From Candidatus Binatia bacterium (GTDB taxonomy: Bacteria > Desulfobacterota > Binatia > UBA9968 > JAJDTQ01), in contig OY762897.2 of assembly GCA_963666515.2 (NCBI GenBank), positions 1,152,001 through 1,216,000 on the forward strand: a stretch of 64,000 bases of DNA, written 5' to 3'. Shown piece after piece: positions 19,312-29,018 of this stretch; position 1 is the first letter of the stretch; each line of letters opens with the position of its first letter. The position numbers were made by a program, and so were the translations under genes. The notes below the pieces were generated by a model that did no database searches, was not told the origin of the DNA, and saw only the letters and a program-made list of their open reading frames with translations.

Positions 19312-20621
19312 GCGAGGATGCCTCTCAAGAGACGGCCGGCCCGTATCACTGGATCGGCAGGAACGTCACCAAGCCCGACGCGCTGGAGAAGGCCCTGGGC
19401 GCCACCGAGTACGTGGGCGACATGGTGGCGCCGGGCATGCTCCACGCCAAGATCCTGTGGGCCGGTATGCCCCACGCGGTGATCCGCAACATCGACACCC
19501 GGGAGGCCGCCCGGGTGCCGGGCGTGGCCGCGGTGCTCACGGCCGCGGACGTGCCCGGCACCAACCGCTACGGCCTCGCGGTGCTCGACCAGCGGGCGCT
19601 GGCGGACGACAAGGTGCGCTCCGCGGGCGACGCCCTGGCGCTGGTGGCCGCGGAAGACGAGGAGGCGGCCGAGGAGGCGGTGTCGAAGATCAAGGTGGAC
19701 CTGGAGCCGTTGCGCCCCATTCTCACCTACGAGGACGCCCTGGACCCCGACGCGCCTTCGGTCCACGACGGCGGCAACGTGTTCCAGCACACCACGGTGC
19801 GGAAGGGCGACCTGGAGAAAGGCATCCAGGAGTCCGACGTGATCGTGGAGAACGCCTACCACACCCACCGCATGGACCACGTGCCCATGGAGCCGGAGGC
19901 GGGGCTGGCCTACGTCGATCCCTCCGGGGTGCTCAACATCCTGGTGGGGACCCAGTACCCCTACCGGGACCGCCGGCAGATCGCGCCCGCCCTGGACCTG
20001 GCCATGAACAAGGTGCGGGTGATCCAGGCGCCCATCGGCGGCGGCTTCGGCCGCAAGGACGACATCACCGCGGAGATCCACGTGGGCCTGCTGGCCTTGA
20101 AGACGCGCCGGCCCGTGCGCTTGGTCTACACGCGTGAAGAGTCCCTCATCGCCAACACCAAGCGCCATCCCATGGCCATGAAGTTCCGCACCGGCGCCCG
20201 CTCGGACGGACGGCTGACCTTCCTGGACGGCGACATCTACGGCGACACCGGCGCGGGAATCTCCCTGGGGGCTTACGTGATCAAGAAGGCGGGCATCCAC
20301 GCCACCGGACCCTACGACGTGCCCAACATCCGGGTGGACACCTACACGCTCTACACCAACAACCTGGTCTCCGGGGCCATGCGCGGCTTCGGGGTGATGC
20401 AGGCGGCGGTGGCCCACGAATCGCAGATGGACCAGTTGGCCCATAAGCTCGGCATGTCGCCGCTGGAGTTCCGCATCAAGAACTGCCTCAAGCCGGGGCT
20501 GGCGTCCTCCACCGGGCAGTTGATGAACGAGGGTTGCGGCATCGAGGCGACGCTGCAGCGGATCAAGGAATACATGAGCGCGCACGACCTGCGCTTCAAG
20601 CGGTCTCAAGCGGCTTCGTGA
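19308..20621 (+). CDS. Mo-hydroxylase molybdopterin subunit, N-terminal (NdhL-like) chain
   Basis: MEPEAG, GTQ, GGGFGRK, KRHP, GAMRGFG; ends just after the FRIKN motif. Confidence 0.88.
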   Translation: MSEDASQETAGPYHWIGRNVTKPDALEKALGATEYVGDMVAPGMLHAKILWAGMPHAVIRNIDTREAARVPGVAAVLTAADVPGTNRYGLAVLDQRALADDKVRSAGDALALVAAEDEEAAEEAVSKIKVDLEPLRPILTYEDALDPDAPSVHDGGNVFQHTTVRKGDLEKGIQESDVIVENAYHTHRMDHVPMEPEAGLAYVDPSGVLNILVGTQYPYRDRRQIAPALDLAMNKVRVIQAPIGGGFGRKDDITAEIHVGLLALKTRRPVRLVYTREESLIANTKRHPMAMKFRTGARSDGRLTFLDGDIYGDTGAGISLGAYVIKKAGIHATGPYDVPNIRVDTYTLYTNNLVSGAMRGFGVMQAAVAHESQMDQLAHKLGMSPLEFRIKNCLKPGLASSTGQLMNEGCGIEATLQRIKEYMSAHDLRFKRSQAAS

Positions 20622-20641
20622 GTTCCGCGGGCTGGACGGCC

Positions 20642-21655
20642 ATGGCGATAAGAAAAGGCTTGGGCATCGGCTCCATGTACTACGGCATCGGCTACGGCTT
20701 CAGCCGGGCCGACATCGGCTCGGCCGAAATCGAGATGGCCGAGGACGGCACCACCACGGTCTACTCGGGGGCGTGCGACATGGGCCAGGGGGTCATGACC
20801 GTGGTGACCCAGGTGGCCGCAGAAGAGCTGGGCATCGAGCCCGAGCAGATACGGGTGGTGGCGGCCGATACCGGCAGTACGCCCGACGCCGGCCCCACCT
20901 CCGGGAGCCGCGCCACCTTCGTCCAGGGCGTTGCGGTGCAGAACGCGGCCCGGGAGCTGCGGGAGCAGATCCTGGACATGGCCTCGCGGATGCTGGAGTG
21001 TCCCAGGGAGAACCTCCACGTGCGGCGCGGCGAGGTCTGCGAGGTCGGCACCGACCGGCCCATGGTGTCGGTGGGCAAGGTGGCGCACCAGCTCCACTTC
21101 CACGGGCGGCGGGCCGCGGCCTGGGGCTGGCACGACAACACCACCGCGGACGTGGACCCGGAGACCTCCCAGGGCGACGCCTACGCTACCTACGGCTGGG
21201 CCACCCAGTTGGCGGAGGTGGAGGTGGACACCGAGACCGGACGCATCCGTCTCACCAAGCTGGTCTCCGCCACCGACGCCGGCAAGGCCATCAACCCGGT
21301 GGCGGTAGAGGGCCAGATCGAGGGCGGCGCCGCCATGGGCCTGGGCTACGGCCTCTACGAGCAGCACATCCTGGAGAACGGCGTGCCGCGCACCGCGTCG
21401 CTGGCGTTCTACCTGGTGCCCACGTCCATGGACGTGCCGGACATTGAGTGCGAGATCGTGGAGGTGCCCGATCCCAGGGGGCCGTTCGGCGCCAAGGGGG
21501 TGGCGGAGCCGGCCACCATCCCCACCACGCCGGCGATCCTGAACGCCATCTACGACGCCATCGGCATCCGCATCACCGAGACGCCCATCACCCCGGAGCG
21601 GGTCTTCTTCGCCATCCAGGAAGCCAAGGCCAGGGGCGAGTTCACCGACGACTGA
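20642..21655 (+). CDS. Mo-hydroxylase molybdopterin subunit, C-terminal (NdhM-like) chain
   Basis: KGLGIGSMYYGIG start, DMGQG, TSGSRAT, EGQIEGG, GPFGAKGVAEP with the catalytic Glu. Confidence 0.88.
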   Translation: MAIRKGLGIGSMYYGIGYGFSRADIGSAEIEMAEDGTTTVYSGACDMGQGVMTVVTQVAAEELGIEPEQIRVVAADTGSTPDAGPTSGSRATFVQGVAVQNAARELREQILDMASRMLECPRENLHVRRGEVCEVGTDRPMVSVGKVAHQLHFHGRRAAAWGWHDNTTADVDPETSQGDAYATYGWATQLAEVEVDTETGRIRLTKLVSATDAGKAINPVAVEGQIEGGAAMGLGYGLYEQHILENGVPRTASLAFYLVPTSMDVPDIECEIVEVPDPRGPFGAKGVAEPATIPTTPAILNAIYDAIGIRITETPITPERVFFAIQEAKARGEFTDD

Positions 21656-21680
21656 TTCGCTAAGCCAGGAGGCAGCCAAA

Positions 21681-22370
21681 TTGGGTAAACGGGTCGGACT
21701 GCTCATCCCCTCATCGAACACCGTCATGGAGGTGGACTTCTACCGCCACCTGCCGGACTCGGCCACGGTCCACACCGGGCGCATGTACATGGAGGCCACC
21801 ACGGTCAAGGGCGAGGAGGAGATGCTCGACGACCATTGCCTGCCCACCGCCGGCGATGTGGCCACGGCCAAGCCCGACCTGGTGGTGTTCGGCTGCACCA
21901 GCGCCGGGGCGCTCCGGGGCAACGCCTACGACGCGGATCTGTGCCGCCGCATCTCCGACGTGACCGGCAAGCCCACCGTCAGCGTCATCGAGTCGGTGCG
22001 GCGCAAGCTGATGTCTTTGGAGGTACAGCGGGTGGCGGTGCTGACGCCCTACATCGAGGACTTGAACGTCCGCATCAAGGCCAGCGTGGAGGACGACGGC
22101 ATCGAGGTGGTCTCGATCCACGGCATGGGCATCGACATAAACTTCAATCTCGCGCTGGTGGAGCCGCCGGAGATACTGGCCTTCGCCCGGGAGAAGCTGG
22201 GCCCGGACCCGCGGGCGGACGCGCTGTTCATCTCCTGCACCAACTACCAGGCCGTGGCGACGCTGCCGCGCCTGAAGGAGACCTACGACCTGCCCATCGT
22301 CACCAGCAACCAGGCCGCCCTCGAAGCCGTGGGCCGGGCGCTGGACCTGGAGCTGGTGGGCATGGGATGA
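21681..22370 (+). CDS. Maleate cis-trans isomerase / Asp-Glu racemase family protein
   Basis: GLLIPSSNTVME, FGCTS and ISCTN (both catalytic Cys), VTSNQA; TTG start after AGGAGG. Confidence 0.85.
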   Translation: MGKRVGLLIPSSNTVMEVDFYRHLPDSATVHTGRMYMEATTVKGEEEMLDDHCLPTAGDVATAKPDLVVFGCTSAGALRGNAYDADLCRRISDVTGKPTVSVIESVRRKLMSLEVQRVAVLTPYIEDLNVRIKASVEDDGIEVVSIHGMGIDINFNLALVEPPEILAFAREKLGPDPRADALFISCTNYQAVATLPRLKETYDLPIVTSNQAALEAVGRALDLELVGMG

Positions 22371-22383
22371 GGGAGGAACCCCC

Positions 22384-23256
22384 ATGGAATTCATGAAGCT
22401 CGACGGCGCCGTGGACCTGCACGTGCACTCCTACCCGTGCGTGTTCCAGCGGCGGGTGGATGACCGCGAAGCCGTCAAGGCGGCCTCGGAGGCCGGGATG
22501 GCCGCCATCGTGCTGAAGTGCCACCACGAGAGCACGGTGAGCCGCGCCTACCTGATCCAGAAGGAGTTTCCCGACATCAAGGTGTTCGGCGGCGTGGTGA
22601 TGAACCAGTTCGTGGGCGGCATCAACCCCGCCGCGGCCGAGGTGGCCCTCCGGCTCGGCGCCAAGGAGGTCTGGATGCCCACCATCGACGCCGCCCATCA
22701 CGTGGATATCCATGGCGCCCGGGGCAGCTACGACACCCAGACCAGCGGCTCGGACTTCGTCTGGGGCGAGCCCATCTCCGCTGTGAAGGACGGCAAGGTG
22801 GTGGACGAGGCCCTGGTGGTGCTGGAGCTGATCGCCAAGCACGACGCCATCCTCGGCACCGCTCACCTCTCCCTCGGCGAGATCGAGCTGCTGGTGAAGG
22901 CGGCCCACGAGCGCGGGGTCAAGAAGATCCTCATCACCCATCCCTACTTCCGCGTGCCCGCGGGCATGAACCTCGACTTCCTCAAGCAGATGATGCGCTA
23001 CGGCGCCATCGGCGAGTTCGGCTACTGCACCATCTCGCCCATGTGGGCCTACGTGAACCTGGAGTTCACCAAGGGCATCATGGACTCCATGGGCTTCGAC
23101 AACTGCCTGGTCATGAGCGACACCGGCCAGTCCCACAACCCGCTGCCGCCCGAGGCGCTGTGGCTCTATGCCCAGGGCCTGTACGAGAAGGGGGTCTCGC
23201 CCCGCAACGTCGAGAAGCTCATCATCGACAACCCCCGGGCGATGCTCGGCCTCTGA
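22384..23256 (+). CDS. TIM-barrel metal-dependent hydrolase (DUF6282-like)
   Basis: DLHVHSYP, KCHHEST, GGINPAA, VWMPT, GTAHLS, ITHP, SDTGQ. Confidence 0.75.
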   Translation: MEFMKLDGAVDLHVHSYPCVFQRRVDDREAVKAASEAGMAAIVLKCHHESTVSRAYLIQKEFPDIKVFGGVVMNQFVGGINPAAAEVALRLGAKEVWMPTIDAAHHVDIHGARGSYDTQTSGSDFVWGEPISAVKDGKVVDEALVVLELIAKHDAILGTAHLSLGEIELLVKAAHERGVKKILITHPYFRVPAGMNLDFLKQMMRYGAIGEFGYCTISPMWAYVNLEFTKGIMDSMGFDNCLVMSDTGQSHNPLPPEALWLYAQGLYEKGVSPRNVEKLIIDNPRAMLGL

Positions 23257-23275
23257 GGAAGGTGCTGGCGGCGCC

Positions 23276-23351
23276 GGACGAACGGAAACATGGCTTCACC
23301 CACCGTTCGTCCTGAGCGTAGCGAGGGCCACCGAGCGAAGTCGAAGGGCGC
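23276..23351. repeat. REP-like element, CCGTTCGTCCTGAGCGTAGC...GAAGTCGAAGG family (one arm plus a remnant)
   Basis: 23303-23351 is closely similar to 31328-31380; GGACGAACGG (23276-23285) pairs with CCGTTCGTCC. Confidence 0.75.
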
Positions 23352-23370
23352 AAGCTTGGAGAGGACAACC

Positions 23371-24405
23371 ATGACCGATTGGGCATCGCGAGGACGGATC
23401 GCGGAGGACATTACCGAGGCCGCGGGACTGACGCCGCTGCTGCGGCTCCGCAAGGTGGGAGCGGGGCCGCAGACGCTGTGCGGCAAGCTCGAATTCATGA
23501 ACCCATCGTCGAGCCTCAAGGACCGCATCCTGCGGCGCATGGTCCGGAGCGCGGAGGAGCGGGGCGATCTCAAGCCCGGCATGACCATCCTGGAGGCTTC
23601 CACCGGCAGCACCGGCATCGCCACTTCCATGATCGGCGCGGTGTGCGGCTACCCGGTGGTGGTGGTGATGCCCGAGGGCATGAGCGAGGAGCGCAAGGCC
23701 TCCATGCGGGCCTACGGCGCCGAGTTGGTGCTCACCCCCGGGGCCGAGAGCGACGTGGACCTGTGCCTGGAAAAGGTCGAGGAGTTGAAGCGCGCCGAGC
23801 CGGACCGCTACTGGGAGCCCGGCCAGTTCTCCAACCGGGACAACATCGCAGCCCACTACGAGACCACCGGGCCGGAGATCTGGCAGCAGACCGGCGGCCA
23901 AGTGGACGTGTTCGTGGCCTCCCAGGGCAGCGGCGGCACCGTGTCCGGCGTCGGCAAGTACCTGAAGGAGCAGAACCCCGACGCGAAAATCTACGCCGTG
24001 GAACCGGAAGAGTGTCCGATTCTGTCCGGCGGCACCTGGGGCCCCCACGCCATCGAGGGCATCGGCGACGGCTTCATCCCCGAGAACCTGGACCTGGACT
24101 ACGTGGACGGCGTGGTGACGGTCTCCTCCGAGGACTCCATCGCCATGGCCCGCCGCCTGGCACGCGAAGAGGGCGTCCTGTGCGGCATCTCGTCCGGCTG
24201 CAACGTAGTGGCGGCCAACAAGCTCTCCGCGGCGTTGCCCTCCACCAAGATGATCGTGACCATGATCAACGACACCGGCATGCGCTACTTCTCCACCCCG
24301 CTCTTCGGCAACGACGAGGCCGTGGATATCCCCGACCGCGAGCACCCCATCCGCGAAGAGGACAAGGCCAACCTGGCGCGGCGGAACCTGCACATCGTGC
24401 GGTAG
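23371..24405 (+). CDS. PLP-dependent cysteine synthase family protein
   Basis: KLEFMNPSSSLKDR, EASTGSTG, HYETTGPEIW, GSGGT, IEGIGDGFIP, GISSG. Confidence 0.88.
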   Translation: MTDWASRGRIAEDITEAAGLTPLLRLRKVGAGPQTLCGKLEFMNPSSSLKDRILRRMVRSAEERGDLKPGMTILEASTGSTGIATSMIGAVCGYPVVVVMPEGMSEERKASMRAYGAELVLTPGAESDVDLCLEKVEELKRAEPDRYWEPGQFSNRDNIAAHYETTGPEIWQQTGGQVDVFVASQGSGGTVSGVGKYLKEQNPDAKIYAVEPEECPILSGGTWGPHAIEGIGDGFIPENLDLDYVDGVVTVSSEDSIAMARRLAREEGVLCGISSGCNVVAANKLSAALPSTKMIVTMINDTGMRYFSTPLFGNDEAVDIPDREHPIREEDKANLARRNLHIVR

Positions 24406-24415
24406 CCTCCACAGC

Positions 24416-25645
24416 ATGCCCGTTCCCGCAAGCCTCACCTGCGTTCTGTGCAGCGGCGTGTACCCGGAGGGTGCGGATCAGTACAGTTGCCCGAACTGCG
24501 GCGAACTGGGCACCCTGCGGGTTTCCTACGACTATGACCGGATCGGGGCGTCGGTGAGCCGGGACGGCGTGGCCGCGGCGCCTTTCCGGGATCACTGGCG
24601 CTATCTGCCGCTGCTCCCGCTGGCGGCGGACGAGGTGGCATTCCCGTTGTCAGTGGGAGGAACGCCGCTCTATCCGGTCCCCGGTCTTAGGAAGGCATTG
24701 GGCTTGCACAGTCTCTGGATCAAGGACGATACCGCCAACCCCTCCGCTTCCCTCAAGGACCGGGCCAGCTCCGTGGTGCTGCTGAAGGGGCAGGAACTGG
24801 GCCGCCGGGAGTTCGCTACCGCCTCCACCGGAAACGCCGGCGCGTCGCTGGCGTGCCTTTCGGCGTCGCTGGGGCTGCCCTGCCACATCTTCGTGCCCGA
24901 GTCGGCTCCCCGGGCCAAGGTAGCGCAGCTTCTCATCTTCGGCGCGGACGTGCTTGCCATTCGCGGCAGCTACTCGGAGGCCTTCAGCTTGTGCGTCGAG
25001 GCCAGCGACCGTTTCGGCTGGTACAACCGCAACACCGGATACAACCCCTACACCGTGGAGGGTAAGAAGACCGTAGCGCTGGAGATCGCCGAGCAACTCG
25101 GCTGGGATCCGCCCGACACGGTCATTGTCGCCACCGGGGACGGCTGCATCCTGAGCGGAGTCTGGAAAGGGTTCACGGACCTTCATCGGCTGGGGTGGAT
25201 ATCCCGCTTGCCGCGGCTGGTTGCGGCCCAGGCCGAGGGCTCGCAGGCCATCAAGAATGCCTTCGAGGGCGACGGGACCATTCGTGCAGTGGTGGAAGAT
25301 ACGCTGGCCGACAGCATCAGCGTGGCGTTGCCGCGCAACGGGGTCATGGCGGTGCAGGACCTTCGGGCCTCCGGCGGCAGTGCCGTCAGCGTGGCGGACG
25401 GCGAGATCCTCGAAGCCATGGCGCTGTTGGGCAGGACCGCCGGGCTCTTCGCCGAGCCCGCAGCCGCCGCGGCCGTCGCCGCCCTGGTAAAGCTCGTGGA
25501 CAGGGGCGATATCGCATCCGGCGAGCGCGTCGTCGTGCTTTCCACGGGCCACGGCCTCAAGGACGTCGATGCCGCGTTGCAGGCGGTTGATCCGCCGGAG
25601 CCCTTCGACTGTTCCATCGACGCGGTGGAAGGGAGGATTCGGTAA
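24416..25645 (+). CDS. Threonine-synthase-like PLP enzyme with N-terminal CxxC...CxxC
   Basis: NPSASLKDR, ASTGNAGAS, EGKKTVALEI, AEPAAA, TGHGLKD. Confidence 0.82.
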   Translation: MPVPASLTCVLCSGVYPEGADQYSCPNCGELGTLRVSYDYDRIGASVSRDGVAAAPFRDHWRYLPLLPLAADEVAFPLSVGGTPLYPVPGLRKALGLHSLWIKDDTANPSASLKDRASSVVLLKGQELGRREFATASTGNAGASLACLSASLGLPCHIFVPESAPRAKVAQLLIFGADVLAIRGSYSEAFSLCVEASDRFGWYNRNTGYNPYTVEGKKTVALEIAEQLGWDPPDTVIVATGDGCILSGVWKGFTDLHRLGWISRLPRLVAAQAEGSQAIKNAFEGDGTIRAVVEDTLADSISVALPRNGVMAVQDLRASGGSAVSVADGEILEAMALLGRTAGLFAEPAAAAAVAALVKLVDRGDIASGERVVVLSTGHGLKDVDAALQAVDPPEPFDCSIDAVEGRIR

Positions 25646-25663
25646 AGCGGTGAGCCGCTACGT

Positions 25664-25766
25664 ATCCGTCATTCCGGCGAAAGCCGGAATCCAGGAGCGG
25701 TGGGGATGGCCCCGCTGTGCTTCTCCGTCAATCCCCTGGATTCCGGCTTTCGCCGGAATGACGGAT
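25664..25766. repeat. CGTC-type REP-like inverted doublet
   Basis: ATCCGTCATTCCGGCGAAAGCCGGAATCCAGG (25664-25695) and its exact reverse complement (25735-25766). Confidence 0.88.
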
Positions 25767-25833
25767 TCCGACTGTCCGGGTACGGTGCGACATGTCGCAC
25801 CGAGACCGATGACGGAAAGGTAAGGAGATTCGA

Positions 25834-27201
25834 GTGCCACAGGACTTGCAAAGTTTCTTGAAGCGATTGAAGGATGAGTGCCCGGAGCAGTTCCTCGACG
25901 TGAACGAGCCCGTGTCGCGGGAGTTCGAGGCCACGGCTCTGGTCATGGAGGCCGAGCGGCTGGCGTCGTGTCCGGCGGTGATGTTCCGAAACGTCTCCGG
26001 CAGCCAGTTCCCCATGGCGGCCAACGTGCTGGCCCACCGGCCGCGGCTGGCCTGGGCTTTCGGCGCATCGGAAGAACGACTGGTGCACGAGTTCAAGGAG
26101 CGTATCCAGCAGCCCGTGCCGCCCAAGGTATTCAAGGACGCACCCTTCCAGGAAAACAGCCTGCTGAACGAATCGGTGGACTTGGGGCAACTTCCGATCC
26201 TGACCCATTTCGAGCAGGACGGCGGCCCCTACGTGACCGCCGGGCTGGTGGTGGCGCGGGACCCGCAGTCCGGCATGAGCACGGTGGGCTTCCACCGGAT
26301 GCAGCTCAAGGGGCCGCGCAAGCTGGGAGTCAGCCTCCATTCCCGGCGCCGCATGTTCGAATATTTCCGCCGCGCCGAGGAAAAGGGCGAGTCCCTGGAG
26401 GCAGCGGTCTGCATCGGCGTGCACCCGCTGGTCTCCTTGGGGGCGTTGACGCTGCCGCCGGCCGGAATCGAGAAGTTCGCGCTCCAGGGCGGGCTTTTGG
26501 GAGAGCCGCTGGAGTTGGCGCACTGCGCCACCGTGGACGTCGACGTGCCGCGGTGGTCGGAGATCGTCATCGAAGGACGGATTCTCAAGGACGTGCGCGA
26601 GAAGGAGGGGCCGTTCGGCGAGTTCACCGGTTACGCCTCCAGCCGCAGCACCGAGAACGTCTTCGAGGCCACCGCGCTGCACTACCGCAACGGCGCCGTC
26701 TACCAGGACATCAACGGCGGCGACAGCATGGAGCATTGCCGCTGCCTGTCCATGCCCCGTGAAGTGGAGTTCACCAACGTGCTGGGCAAGACCATTCCCA
26801 ACCTCAAGGCGGTGCACGTGCCGGTGCGGTCGGGCATCGGCAGCTTCCACTGCTATGTCTCCATGCGCAAGACCGCGGAGGGGCAGGGGAAGCAGGCCAT
26901 CTTCAGCGTGCTGGGGGCCGACCACTACGTCAAGCTGGTGGTGGTGGTGGACAACGACGTCGACATCTTCGACGAGGAGCAGGTGTTGTGGGCCATCGCC
27001 ACCCGGATGCAGGCCAACCGGGACGTCATCATCGTGGACGAGGCCATGGGGACGCTGCTGGACCCGTCGGCCACCGACGCCATCACCGCGAAGATGGGCA
27101 TCGACGCCACCAAACCTTTGGGCGAGTTCGCTTCTACCCTTTCTATCGAGCCGGGCGCGGTGGAGCGCGCGCGTCGGCTCATGAGCAAGCTGACCGGATA
27201 G
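25834..27201 (+). CDS. UbiD-family decarboxylase
   Basis: DGGPYVTAG, GFHRMQ, EGPFGEFTGY, VVVVDNDVDI, KMGIDATKP; AAGGAG RBS before GTG. Confidence 0.9.
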   Translation: MPQDLQSFLKRLKDECPEQFLDVNEPVSREFEATALVMEAERLASCPAVMFRNVSGSQFPMAANVLAHRPRLAWAFGASEERLVHEFKERIQQPVPPKVFKDAPFQENSLLNESVDLGQLPILTHFEQDGGPYVTAGLVVARDPQSGMSTVGFHRMQLKGPRKLGVSLHSRRRMFEYFRRAEEKGESLEAAVCIGVHPLVSLGALTLPPAGIEKFALQGGLLGEPLELAHCATVDVDVPRWSEIVIEGRILKDVREKEGPFGEFTGYASSRSTENVFEATALHYRNGAVYQDINGGDSMEHCRCLSMPREVEFTNVLGKTIPNLKAVHVPVRSGIGSFHCYVSMRKTAEGQGKQAIFSVLGADHYVKLVVVVDNDVDIFDEEQVLWAIATRMQANRDVIIVDEAMGTLLDPSATDAITAKMGIDATKPLGEFASTLSIEPGAVERARRLMSKLTG

Positions 27202-27205
27202 CGGG

Positions 27206-28783
27206 ATGGAGAGCTTCCGGACTTTTCTGGACGATCTGCGGAACGCCGGCCAACTGGTTGACATACGCAAACCGGTCGATGTCCGGCATATCGCGGCGCT
27301 GGTGGACCAAGCTTCGACCGCGCTGCTGTTTCACAGGGTGCGCGGCTACGACTTGCCGGTCGTGTCGGGTCTGTTGAACGACCGGACGCGGATCGCGCTG
27401 TCGGCGGGCTGTGACTACTCGCAGATGGAGCAACGGCTCAGCCATGCCCTCGACCATCCCATTAATCCTGTTGAAGTCAGCGATGACGGTGCGCGGAGCT
27501 GGTATCGGGAAGGGGCCGCCGTGGACCTCTTCGACCTGCCGGTGCCGGTCTTCTCCGAGTTCGATGGCGGTCCTACCATTACCGCGGGCGTTACCCTTGC
27601 CCTCGACCCGGAGCACGGCCTCAACGCCGGCACCTATCGCTTCCAGGTCAAGGAAAGGGCGCTCACCGGCATCGACATCGTCACGCCCAACAACCTGCGC
27701 AGGCTGGCGGAGAAGGCACTGGCGGCCAACGCGCGGCTGCCCATCTCCATCAATATCGGCACGCACCCGCTGGAGTTGATGGCGTCGCTCTACAAGGCGC
27801 CCCTGGGCCGGAACGAGCTGGGGATCGCCGGCGGCATGATGGGGCGGCCGGTACGCCTCGGCGCTTGCAGGACAATCGACGTGCCCTGTCTGGCGGACGC
27901 CGAGATCGTACTGGAGGCGGAGATCCTGCCCACGGGCTGGACCCGCCAGGAGGGACGGTTCGGGGAGATGACGCGCCTCATGGGCGACGTGCACTACAAC
28001 CCGCATGTGCGGGTCAAGGCGATCTCGCGCCGCGAAGACGCCGTCTACTACGCGCTGCACATGCCTTGGGAGAACATCTGGATCAAGGAGCACGGCTTCC
28101 AGGCGGTGCTCAAGCGGGTGCTGGACGCAGCCGGGGTAACCGCGACCGCGGTGAACGTCACGCCCGGAGGCTGCTGCCATTGGCACGCGATCATCGCCAT
28201 CCGAAAGCAGCCGGGCGACCCCCAGAACGCCATCATGGCGGCGTTGTCGGTGGCGGACCTCAAGCACGTGGTGATCGTGGACGACGACATCGACGTCTAC
28301 GACGCCATGGAGGTGGAATGGGCCATGGCCACCCGGGTGCAGGCCGACCGGGACATCACCATCCTCTCTGATGCCCGCTCCAAGCCGCTGGACCCCAGCC
28401 TGCCCCTGTCGGACGGCATTCCCACCACGGCCAAGTGCGGTATCGACGCGACGATTCCCGACGGCGTCCCGAAGGCACGTTATCAGCGCATCACCTACCC
28501 CTACGCGGATGAGCTGGACCTTGCCAGTTATCTCGGCGCGACGAGCGCCGGCGAGGAGACCCACGGCATGGACGGCAGCGGAGAAGCCGCCGACCTTGGC
28601 GTCACCGTAACGCGGGTTCGCGATTTGCTGGCGGTGCGGGCGATGTACTTCAGCGAGATCGCACAAGGCGTCCCCGGGGCCGATTTCCAGTCCGTCGCTC
28701 GTGCCATGGGCGAACTCCACGCGGCTGAGGAGATCGATCAGGACGCCGAGGGGCGATACCGGCTCGCCGCTGGCGTCCCGTAG
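27206..28783 (+). CDS. UbiD-family decarboxylase with C-terminal extension
   Basis: DGGPTITAG, GTYRFQV, EGRFGEMT, VIVDDDID, KCGIDAT, then a tail of roughly 100 aa. Confidence 0.88.
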   Translation: MESFRTFLDDLRNAGQLVDIRKPVDVRHIAALVDQASTALLFHRVRGYDLPVVSGLLNDRTRIALSAGCDYSQMEQRLSHALDHPINPVEVSDDGARSWYREGAAVDLFDLPVPVFSEFDGGPTITAGVTLALDPEHGLNAGTYRFQVKERALTGIDIVTPNNLRRLAEKALAANARLPISINIGTHPLELMASLYKAPLGRNELGIAGGMMGRPVRLGACRTIDVPCLADAEIVLEAEILPTGWTRQEGRFGEMTRLMGDVHYNPHVRVKAISRREDAVYYALHMPWENIWIKEHGFQAVLKRVLDAAGVTATAVNVTPGGCCHWHAIIAIRKQPGDPQNAIMAALSVADLKHVVIVDDDIDVYDAMEVEWAMATRVQADRDITILSDARSKPLDPSLPLSDGIPTTAKCGIDATIPDGVPKARYQRITYPYADELDLASYLGATSAGEETHGMDGSGEAADLGVTVTRVRDLLAVRAMYFSEIAQGVPGADFQSVARAMGELHAAEEIDQDAEGRYRLAAGVP

Positions 28784-28845
28784 CGCAATGCGAGTAACGT
28801 CAGTGCCCCCCTTGACTTGAGGTGGTTCAATAGATAATCCGTCCA

Positions 28846-28965
28846 TTGGAGGCTCGGCCCAGGGGCTGCTTTCGGGTGGCTCCGACGGCGTTGCCTCCTT
28901 TCGTTATCCTGCCTCGCGGTGTACGGATCCGGGCGACTGAGCCCCAGCGACTTTTCTTCGTTTCT
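28846..28965 (+). ncRNA. Candidate structured small RNA or leader with an anti-SD loop
   Basis: Upstream TTGACT-N17-TAATCC; closing stem 28846-28860/28931-28947; UUCG hairpin 28862-28883; CCTCCT in a loop; U-rich tail. Hand-folded only. Confidence 0.4.
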
Positions 28966-29018
28966 GTCCATTCCGCCTCATCCCCCTGTTTCGTACTTCA
29001 TGGGTCCGCAAACACAAG

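Noticed and set aside
20619-20644. Sec or readthrough at the TGA ending the first Mo subunit
   Set aside because: The next ORF is in a different frame, and readthrough meets TAA about ten codons later
25569-25840. Small ORFs containing VIPAKAGIQ/WIPAFAGMT
   Set aside because: These peptides are translations of the REP palindrome, with no independent coding evidence
28738-28971. 77-aa minus-strand ORF across the candidate ncRNA (possible type I toxin)
   Set aside because: It is not hydrophobic, has no recognisable motif and overlaps the UbiD end; G-U pairing favours a + strand RNA. A weak GAGG upstream means it is not fully excluded
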